Of a stretch of DNA of 39,841 bases, positions 16,618 to 23,819 are shown one piece after another. A program made the position numbers and the translations under genes. Under the pieces are notes generated by a model. The model saw nothing but the letters and a program-made list of their open reading frames with translations. It was not told the DNA's origin and made no database searches. The first letter of the stretch is position 1. Every line of letters starts with the position of its first letter. Source of the stretch: Propionibacteriaceae bacterium (GTDB lineage: Bacteria; Actinomycetota; Actinomycetes; Propionibacteriales; Propionibacteriaceae); contig JAIRVA010000011.1 of NCBI GenBank assembly GCA_031254155.1, positions 1 to 39,841 on the forward strand, written 5' to 3'.

Positions 16618-18890
16618 TCCGGCACCGGCCCCTTGGCTCCGGCCACCCGTACTCACCCGACACCGAACAGCGCTGGCCGGTCGTCCCCGTCGTCGGCGAG
16701 CCGTTGCGCCTGGGAGTACGGACATCGGGGGACGTCCAGGTCGTCACAGTTGAACTAGTGGTCATGAGCAGTAATTCGCCCACGGTGATGGGGGCCAGCG
16801 CGGCGCTGGGCGGCGCGAAGACCCTCGACCTCACCCCGGTTCCCCGGTCCTCACGCGGCCAGACCACCGACGGCGGCCACCTGGCCTCCGCGCAGGCCCG
16901 CCAAGCCCGTCAAGCCGGCGGCTGGCAAGTCGACCTCCCCGCCGCCCCGGCGGGCGATCTCCGCTACCGGTTCACCGCCCGCCTGGGCGACGGCACCACG
17001 GAAACCACCCGCTGGTACACCGTCCGGGGGGCCGCCTGGCGGCCCGCCGCCGACACCGCAGTGGGCGTCGGTACGGACATCCGGCGACCGGTTCCGGGCA
17101 GCGTCGAGGTGCTGGACGACGGCGAGCGTATTCACCGGGTCCGCCTCGCCCTACCGCTGGCGTCCGGTGAACACGTCACCGGCTTCGGGGAACGCTACGA
17201 CACCGTCGATCAGCGCGGCCTCACCCTGGACAACCAGGTCTTCGAGCAGTACAAGAGCCAGGGCGCGCACCGCCGTACCTACCTGCCCATGCCGTTCGCA
17301 CACGTCGTCGGCGGTGACGGGTGGGGCTTCCACGTCCCAACCACCCGCCGCGTCTGGTTCGACGTTGGCCACACCACGGCTGACCGCTTGGTGATCGAAG
17401 CCGAAACCGACACCTTGTCTGACGCCGAGGTCCAACTCAGCCTGGCGGTCTACTCGGGCAGTCCCGCCGAGGTACTCGACCAGTTCCTGGCCGAGGTCGG
17501 ACGGCCCGCCGAACTGCCCGCCTGGGTGTTCCGCCTCTGGGCCTCCGGCAACGAATGGAACACTCAGGCCGAGATCGGCCGGCAAGCCGCCCTCCACACC
17601 CAGTACGGCATCCCCGTCGGCAACATCGTCATCGAGGCCTGGAGCGACGAAACCACCTTCACCTGCTTCAGGGACGCCCAGTACGACGTTCACGCCGACG
17701 GAAGCCCCCACCGCCTGGGCGACTTCACGTTCCCGCCCGACGGGGCCTGGCCCGACCCGAAGGGGATGGTCGATTCCCTGCATGACCAGGACATTCGCGT
17801 TCATCTGTGGCAAATCCCCCTGCTCAAGACCCGTCCCCACCCCACCGGCCAGGCCAAGGCCGACGTCCACGCCGCCATCCGCGACAACGTCCTGGTCCGC
17901 GAGACCGCGACGGACGGGACGCTGCGCCCGTACCGAAACCGGGGCTGGTGGTTCCCGCTCGGTCTCATGCCCGACCTCACCGACCGGCGCGCCGCCGACT
18001 GGTGGACCGCCAGACGGCGCTACCTGGTCGAGGAGGTCGGCATCGACGGGTTCAAGACCGACGGTGGCGAACACGCCTGGGGCCGCGATCTGGTGTATCT
18101 CGACGGCGCCCACGGCGACGCGAGAAACAACGCCTACCCGGTGGCGTACGCCGCCGCCTACGGACGCCTCCTGGAGTCGTGCGGCAAGGCGCCGGTCACC
18201 TTCTCCCGGTCCGGGTACGCCGGTTCGCAGGCCCACGGGGCGTTCTGGGCCGGCGACGAGAATTCCACCTGGGAGGCATTCCGCTGGTCCATGATCGCCG
18301 GACTGGGCGCCGCCAGTTGTGGCATCGTCTACTGGGGCTGGGACATCGCCGGATTCTCCGGCCCCGTCCCCGACGCCGAACTGTACGTCCGGGCGATGGC
18401 CGCCAGTGCCTTCCTGCCCATCATGCAGTACCACTCCGAGTACAACCACCACCGCTCGCCGTCCCGCGACCGTACCCCGTGGAACATCGCGGAGCAAACC
18501 GGCGAAGCCAGTGTGATCGAGGAAGTCCGCCAGATCGTGGCTGTGCGCGAACGCCTCGTCGGCTATCTGGCCGAGCAGGCCCGCCGCACTCTCGCCACCA
18601 GCCGTCCGCTGTTGCGCCCACTGTTTTTCGACCACCCGGACGATCCTGCGATCTGGGAACACCCGGTCCAGTGGACACTCGGCGACCATATCCTCGTCGC
18701 ACCCGTCCTCGCCCCCGGGCAGACCGCCTGGCCGGTGTACCTGCCGGCCGGACACTGGATTGACGCCTGGACCGGCGAGCCCCACGAAGGCCGACGAGTC
18801 ATCACCGCCCACGTACCCCGCCATCACGCGCCCGCCTACGTTGACGCCGGCCAATGGCCGACGCTGCAGGCCGTCTTCCGAGGCGAGTAG
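16614..18890 (+). CDS. glycoside hydrolase family 31 (YicI-like alpha-glucosidase/alpha-xylosidase)
   Basis: GFGERYDTVDQRG, IDGFKTDGGE (nucleophile region, YicI-type KTD.GE) and FWAGDENSTWEAF. ATGA overlap with the GH15 stop. Confidence 0.9.
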   Translation: MIRHRPLGSGHPYSPDTEQRWPVVPVVGEPLRLGVRTSGDVQVVTVELVVMSSNSPTVMGASAALGGAKTLDLTPVPRSSRGQTTDGGHLASAQARQARQAGGWQVDLPAAPAGDLRYRFTARLGDGTTETTRWYTVRGAAWRPAADTAVGVGTDIRRPVPGSVEVLDDGERIHRVRLALPLASGEHVTGFGERYDTVDQRGLTLDNQVFEQYKSQGAHRRTYLPMPFAHVVGGDGWGFHVPTTRRVWFDVGHTTADRLVIEAETDTLSDAEVQLSLAVYSGSPAEVLDQFLAEVGRPAELPAWVFRLWASGNEWNTQAEIGRQAALHTQYGIPVGNIVIEAWSDETTFTCFRDAQYDVHADGSPHRLGDFTFPPDGAWPDPKGMVDSLHDQDIRVHLWQIPLLKTRPHPTGQAKADVHAAIRDNVLVRETATDGTLRPYRNRGWWFPLGLMPDLTDRRAADWWTARRRYLVEEVGIDGFKTDGGEHAWGRDLVYLDGAHGDARNNAYPVAYAAAYGRLLESCGKAPVTFSRSGYAGSQAHGAFWAGDENSTWEAFRWSMIAGLGAASCGIVYWGWDIAGFSGPVPDAELYVRAMAASAFLPIMQYHSEYNHHRSPSRDRTPWNIAEQTGEASVIEEVRQIVAVRERLVGYLAEQARRTLATSRPLLRPLFFDHPDDPAIWEHPVQWTLGDHILVAPVLAPGQTAWPVYLPAGHWIDAWTGEPHEGRRVITAHVPRHHAPAYVDAGQWPTLQAVFRGE

Positions 18891-18907
18891 CGCCCGTACG
18901 CCGGGCG

Positions 18908-18924
18908 GCGGGGCGGCGCCCCGC
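18908..18924. terminator. GC-rich hairpin between convergent genes (GH31 / EcsC-like)
   Basis: GCGGGGC-GGC-GCCCCGC: 7-bp stem, 3-nt loop, no U-tract (common in high-GC actinobacteria). Confidence 0.35.
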
Positions 18925-18963
18925 GCCCACGTTGCGTGGCCTACCAATGCCTGATCGATTCGT

Positions 18964-19635
18964 CTACGGCAGCGGCGGTCCAGGCTTCGGGGGTGGGCCA
19001 AGTATCTTGCCTGGCGAGGTGACCGCGAGTCGCCCAAAGACATAGTTCCTGCCTGCTCCGATACCGACGCCGATGGCGAAAGGAACCTGCTTGCCGCAGA
19101 CGAGGAGTCCTTGCTTGGTACCGTACTTGGTGACGAAGTAACGTCCCAGGGTTTTGTTGGCGGCCTTAATCGCCTCCGTTGGGATCGCTTACACTATCTT
19201 TCTTCCCCAGTAAGGGGCGGTGCGCCCGATCAACGGCTTCAGTACGGTCTTCGCAGTACTATCACCAACGAGTGCCACAGTGACCAACAGCCGTCGGCTC
19301 TCGTAGTCTTCGGCATCGGTACCGTGGACTTCGGCGGCGGACAGGGTGTACAAGACTGAGGTTTCCAGGAACGTGAGAAGGTCGGCCAAGGCGACGGGAA
19401 CCTGAACGAGCCCGTTGGGGATGATTGCCGCCGCACCAGCACCAACTCCTGTGACGGTGACCGTGCCCAGGTACCATTTCCCCACATAGGCGAGGAGCTC
19501 TCCGGGAGGTTTGTCGGGGTGCACCCGCCGCAAGCGTGCGACGTACTCCGTCCCCAACGGGTATGGGGTCTCCAGAGCCTTGTTTGGGCCCGCAGCTAAG
19601 GCGGCCTCGGGATCAAGTTTTCTGATATCCGACAC
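18964..19635 (-). pseudogene. EcsC-like membrane-associated protein interrupted by an in-frame TAA
   Basis: The ORF-track entry 19189..19635 stops at TAA 19189-19191. The same frame then continues directly as AIPTEAIKAANKTLGRYFVTKYGTKQGLLVCGKQVPFAIGVGIGAGRNYVFGRLAVTSPGKILGPPPKPGPPLP* to TAG 18964-18966. The Gly-rich GKQVPFAIGVGIGAGRNY end resembles EcsC-family C-termini. Total length is 672 nt, in frame. Confidence 0.5.
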
Positions 19636-19782
19636 TGACTCGTTGTGGCACTCTTTCGTTTCGAGCGACGGGTGGACCTTGGGGACGGAACTGAAAGGGG
19701 GCCGGTTGTGGTCGTATCAGCCACGCGGAAGCGCCTCTTTGGCGCTAAACTGAGATTACACTCTTCGACATGACGATGGAGG

Positions 19783-20889
19783 ATGATGCGAGACGAGGGT
19801 GGACTCTCCGTGATACCAGAGGTTTCGGCGTCGCCAAGTGTTCCTCCGATTGTCATCGATTTCTTTAGTGGGTGTGGGGGAACGAGTGCCGGGCTACGGA
19901 GAGCGGGCTTACGCATCGTGGCCGCTGTCGACTTCGACCCAGCCGCATCGGCAACCTATCGGGCGAACTTTCCAGAAGCCGAGTTCCACGAGATTGATGT
20001 ACGTAAACTCCCTCTCAATTCCTTTGACCACTTGATGGAAGCCGATACGCCGATTGTTTTCTCCGCGTGTGCGCCTTGCCAGCCGTATAGTTCTATGCGC
20101 CCTCGTGACTCGCGTCAGCGGCCTCGTGAGAGATCGTTGCTCCTGTCGCTCCTCCCATTTGTCGATCGCTTGTGGCCAGACTCGATTGTCGTGGAAAACG
20201 TTCCGGGGTTACAGAAGGTTTCCGGAGCTTCTACATGGAATCGTTTTCTGCGGCATCTTGAACGCGGGGGGTACTCCATTCGATGGGATGTTGTTGATTG
20301 CCGTAACTACGGCGTGCCGCAGCGGCGGCGGAGGTTGGTCCTTCTAGCTTCTCGCCACGGAGGAGTCGACCTACCCGCTGCTACGCATGGGGTGGGTGGG
20401 CGGCCCTACTCCACTGTGCGAGACTGGATCGGGCATCTGCCGCCGCTAGATGCCGGTGAGACCTGTGCTGAGGACCCTATTCACCGAGCGGGCAGGTTGG
20501 GAGAGCAGAACCTCCGGCGTATCATGGCGACCCCTGAAGGGGGAAGTAGATCGGATTGGCCCGCAGAACTCTGGCTGGAGTGCCATAAGCGCGCCAAAGG
20601 GCATCAAGACTCTTACGGTCGAATGCGGTTTGACGAGTCTGCCCCGGTGCTGACCACCAAATGTACTGACATCACAAACGGGAGATATGGGCATCCGAGT
20701 CAGAACCGAGGCCTGAGCGTCAGGGAGGCGGCTCTGCTCCAGACTTTTCCACAAGATTTCACATTCATCGGAGGGCTCCGATCAATGACCAAACAGATTG
20801 GTAACGCGGTTCCTGTTCTCGTAGCGGAGGCGATGGGGCGGCAGGTTGCTCAGCATCTTCAAACAGAGCGGGCAGCGCGCAATGGCTGA
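19783..20889 (+). CDS. DNA (cytosine-5)-methyltransferase
   Basis: All C5-MTase motifs are present: I VIDFFSGCGG, IV SACAPCQPYS, VI ENVPGL, VIII QRRRRLVLLAS, IX REAALLQTFPQDF and X QIGNAVP. The exact start is uncertain (ATG 19783/19786 or GTG ~19810). Confidence 0.9.
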   Translation: MMRDEGGLSVIPEVSASPSVPPIVIDFFSGCGGTSAGLRRAGLRIVAAVDFDPAASATYRANFPEAEFHEIDVRKLPLNSFDHLMEADTPIVFSACAPCQPYSSMRPRDSRQRPRERSLLLSLLPFVDRLWPDSIVVENVPGLQKVSGASTWNRFLRHLERGGYSIRWDVVDCRNYGVPQRRRRLVLLASRHGGVDLPAATHGVGGRPYSTVRDWIGHLPPLDAGETCAEDPIHRAGRLGEQNLRRIMATPEGGSRSDWPAELWLECHKRAKGHQDSYGRMRFDESAPVLTTKCTDITNGRYGHPSQNRGLSVREAALLQTFPQDFTFIGGLRSMTKQIGNAVPVLVAEAMGRQVAQHLQTERAARNG

Positions 20890-23818
20890 GTTTCGCGCGA
20901 GTGCGCGGACAGTGGACATGCTGGGTAGGCAGCAGATCGCGGGCGTTCCCACCGCAATCAGCGAGTTGTACAAGAATGCACACGACGCGTATGCGACGGT
21001 CGCGGAAGCTGACTTCGTTCGTTACAAAGGCGTCTTCGTCCTCCGAGACAATGGAGACGGCATGTCGCGTACGGACTTCGAGGGGAGATGGTTGACGCTG
21101 GGCACCTCATCCAAGTCCGCTACAAGCTCTCTTCGTGTCGATACTGCGCGCCCGCGTAGAGCGATTCTTGGTGAAAAAGGAATCGGACGGCTTGCGATCG
21201 CTGCTATTGGTCCACAGACTTTGGTGGTGACTAAGGCTCGAGGGCACAAGCGCGTCGCCGCGCTTGTTCACTGGGGCGTGTTCGAGTTAGCGCATGCAAG
21301 CCTTTCGGAGATCAAGGTGCCAGTGGTTGAGCTCGAACCCAGCCAGGGACCGGATGTGCGGGAGATGAGTCACCAGATACTTGCCAACGTTCGTCATCTC
21401 GTGACTGACGACGATCCCGGACTGTATGACAGGATTCACCAGGACTTGCGCCGATGGTCCGAAGTTGGTCTGGACGAAGTCACGGCTGCGGCAGGAGTCG
21501 ACCTTGCGGCGTTCGAGCCGGGTACGGCTTTCGTGATTGTTCCGACGTCACCTGACTTGGAAGCCGATCTGGAGGCCCCACCAAAGGAGGCCGCACCATT
21601 GCTGAGAACTCTCATCGGGTTTGCCAACACGATGACTCCAGGTCATTCTGTACCCGAACTAAAGACAGTTTTTCGGTACCACCGTGCTCCCGACGATGTT
21701 CGAGATCTCATCGAAGACCAAGAGTTCTTCACTGTAGACGAATTTCGGAAGGCTGATCATCACTTCGAGGGGGAGTTTGACGAGTATGGTCAGTTCCGAG
21801 GGACCGTGTCGGTGTTTGATGGTCCCCCACAGTCTTACCCCCTCCCTTGGAGTCCGGCGCGTGGTGTGCGAACCCGCTGCGGCCCGTTTCGCCTTCACCT
21901 GGCCTACGTTCAGGGAGTTGCCAAGTCCTCGCGCCTTGAGGCGAACGACTTCGTCGCGATCGGGGAGAAGCTCGATTGCTATGGCGGCTTGTACATCTAC
22001 AGGAATGGTGTTCGAGTACTTCCCTATGGGGATAGTAGTTTCGACTGGCTTGATGTTGAGAAGCAGCGCACTAAATCAGCATCAGATCATTTCTTTTCGT
22101 ATCGCCGGATGTTCGGTGCCGTTGAGATTACGAGAGAGAGGAATAGCCAACTCCGGGAGAAAGCAGGGCGTGAAGGTTTCGCGACGAACGAAGCATACCG
22201 TCAGTTTCGGGAGATCCTGAAGAACTTTCTGACGCAAGTCGCGAACGAGTTTTTCCGTGAGGGCGGACCTCAGGCCGAAGCCTGGGAAGAAGGAAAACTG
22301 GCAAATGAGCGAATGGACAAGGCGAGGCGAGTTCGGAGCAAACAAGTGCGAGCGCGGCGTACCGAGTACAGTGGCGCGCTGGATCGCTTTTTTGAGGAGG
22401 TAAACGCTGGAGTGCCTGAGGCCAAAGTGGAGCGAATCCTGGGAGATCTCCGCCTCGAAGTGGGGCATGCTCAAGTGACCGAAGATCCGTCGACAGCGGT
22501 TGACCTGTTGGTACGCGCAGAACTGAGTGCACGCTCCCAACTCCGAGAACTTGTGTCAAGCCTTCAAGTGCGACGACCCCGCGGAGTTGCGCTTAGTGGG
22601 ATTCTGACTAGACGATCTAGGCTCTATGACGAGACTCGGGTCGACATTCTCGAGTCCGTGTTGCGGCCTGCTGAGCAACAGGTGGATGAAACACTCTCAG
22701 TGGTGGACCTTCAACTAGACCGAGCCGTTCATCGCCGTCTGCGATTTGATCAATCGGTCTTGCAGGCAGTAGATGAGTCGCGAGACATGGTCAGTGGGGC
22801 GAGAGGTGATCTACAGAAGCAGGCTGCGCAAGTCGCTGATCGGATAAAGGAACTAGTTGGCGAGGCTCGAAAAGCGGTTGAGATGGAAGCGGTGGCGGTG
22901 CTACAGCAGGCGGCAACGACTGAGCTTTCGTGTCTTACTGATCCGGAGTTCGCGCGATTGAGGAATGAGTTGGAGACCCGTGTCAGGGCTATGGCGGGTT
23001 CTCAGCTTGATGCGTTGCGTGCGGTCGAGGAGCAGTTGCGTTCAGTGGTCTGGGCGGCGGAAGATGAGAACGGGGGTACGGCCTCCTTGCTGGACCAGGT
23101 GGAGCAACTCGAAGAACGCGTTGAAGTACTTACCGATCGTGCATCCCAGGATTTTGAGCTTGTTCAGATCGGGCTAGCGGTTAATATCGTGACTCACGAG
23201 TTCGAGAACAGCATCCGATCCGTTCGTGAGAACCTGCGACGTCTCAAAGTCTGGGCGCAAGAGAACGCGAGCTTGCGACCCCTTTACAGCGATCTCCGAA
23301 CATCCTTTGAACATCTCGATGGGTACCTGCGGCTCTTCACACCGCTTCACCGGCGTCTGTACCGTGAACCGGTGGAGATCGCTGGAACCGACGTGGTGAG
23401 ATACCTGAGCGACGTGTTCGAGCGGCGACTGATTGAGGAAGGAGTGGAACTGAACGCGACAGCGGCGTTTCAGAGCATGCGTGTACGAATGTTCCCGTCC
23501 ACATTATACGCAGTGTTGGTGAACCTAGTTGACAATGCGGTGTACTGGGTTGCGCAGTACTCTGGAACCCGAGAGATAACTCTCGACAAGTCGGAGGGAT
23601 TGATCTCCGTGACTGACTCAGGTCGCGGCGTTAGTCTCGGTGATGAGGAAGTGGTGTTTGAGCAGGGGTTCTCCCGGAAACCGGCCGGATCGGGGTATGG
23701 GCTTTTTGTGGCCCGTGAGGTGTTGCGTCGTGACGGAGCCGACGTTCGGCTCGCACCGCCAAGTGCGGATCGCGGCGCTCGTTTCGAGATACTTCTTCCT
23801 GACGGAGGCGAGAAGTAA
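20882..23818 (+). CDS. fusion protein: N-terminal MutL/MORC/Hsp90-type GHKL ATPase, long helical region, C-terminal histidine-kinase transmitter (DHp + CA)
   Basis: ATG 20882 overlaps the MTase stop (ATGGCTGA). N-terminal Bergerat motifs: ISE28LYKN32AHD35A, LRD56NGDGM, LGTSSKS, GEKGIGRLA and GLYIYRNGVRVLPYGDSSFDWLDVEKQR. C-terminal kinase motifs: H-box VTHEFENSIRSV (His772, nt 23195-23197), N-box NLVDNAVYW, G1 VTDSGRGV and G2 GSGYGLFVAREV. Confidence 0.85.
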   Translation: MAEFRASARTVDMLGRQQIAGVPTAISELYKNAHDAYATVAEADFVRYKGVFVLRDNGDGMSRTDFEGRWLTLGTSSKSATSSLRVDTARPRRAILGEKGIGRLAIAAIGPQTLVVTKARGHKRVAALVHWGVFELAHASLSEIKVPVVELEPSQGPDVREMSHQILANVRHLVTDDDPGLYDRIHQDLRRWSEVGLDEVTAAAGVDLAAFEPGTAFVIVPTSPDLEADLEAPPKEAAPLLRTLIGFANTMTPGHSVPELKTVFRYHRAPDDVRDLIEDQEFFTVDEFRKADHHFEGEFDEYGQFRGTVSVFDGPPQSYPLPWSPARGVRTRCGPFRLHLAYVQGVAKSSRLEANDFVAIGEKLDCYGGLYIYRNGVRVLPYGDSSFDWLDVEKQRTKSASDHFFSYRRMFGAVEITRERNSQLREKAGREGFATNEAYRQFREILKNFLTQVANEFFREGGPQAEAWEEGKLANERMDKARRVRSKQVRARRTEYSGALDRFFEEVNAGVPEAKVERILGDLRLEVGHAQVTEDPSTAVDLLVRAELSARSQLRELVSSLQVRRPRGVALSGILTRRSRLYDETRVDILESVLRPAEQQVDETLSVVDLQLDRAVHRRLRFDQSVLQAVDESRDMVSGARGDLQKQAAQVADRIKELVGEARKAVEMEAVAVLQQAATTELSCLTDPEFARLRNELETRVRAMAGSQLDALRAVEEQLRSVVWAAEDENGGTASLLDQVEQLEERVEVLTDRASQDFELVQIGLAVNIVTHEFENSIRSVRENLRRLKVWAQENASLRPLYSDLRTSFEHLDGYLRLFTPLHRRLYREPVEIAGTDVVRYLSDVFERRLIEEGVELNATAAFQSMRVRMFPSTLYAVLVNLVDNAVYWVAQYSGTREITLDKSEGLISVTDSGRGVSLGDEEVVFEQGFSRKPAGSGYGLFVAREVLRRDGADVRLAPPSADRGARFEILLPDGGEK

Positions 23819-23819
23819 C

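Noticed and set aside
17151-19043. 630-aa minus-strand ORF antisense to the GH31 gene. Similar long antisense ORFs occur at 8294..9379(-), 11077..12348(-), 12345..13427(-), 13432..14349(-), 14126..15313(-), 27069..28649(-), 28646..29383(-), 30394..31311(+) and 33999..35987(+).
   Set aside because: These are typical high-GC shadow ORFs. Their products are Arg/Gly/Pro/Val-rich and low in complexity, with no motifs and no RBS. Each lies opposite a gene with unambiguous family signatures and correct G/C third-position bias.
20846-20889. I looked for a vsr (very-short-patch repair endonuclease) gene overlapping the 3' end of the C5-MTase, as in E. coli dcm-vsr. I also looked for a restriction endonuclease ORF nearby, e.g. 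20446..20754(-) and 20765..20983(-).
   Set aside because: The gene overlapping the MTase 3' end is the GHKL-kinase fusion, not a Vsr-like ~150-aa protein. The small antisense ORFs have no nuclease motifs and lie inside the MTase coding sequence.
23640-23819. N-terminal extensions offered by the ORF track: receiver protein from 23640, GHKL protein from 20846, kdpD from 26889, GH15 from 15412, GH31 from 16515, ardA from 4011, abiEii from 10395 and vapC from 33782.
   Set aside because: The extensions overlap the preceding gene or have non-protein-like composition. The internal starts have RBSs or ATGA/GTGA coupling and match family N-termini.
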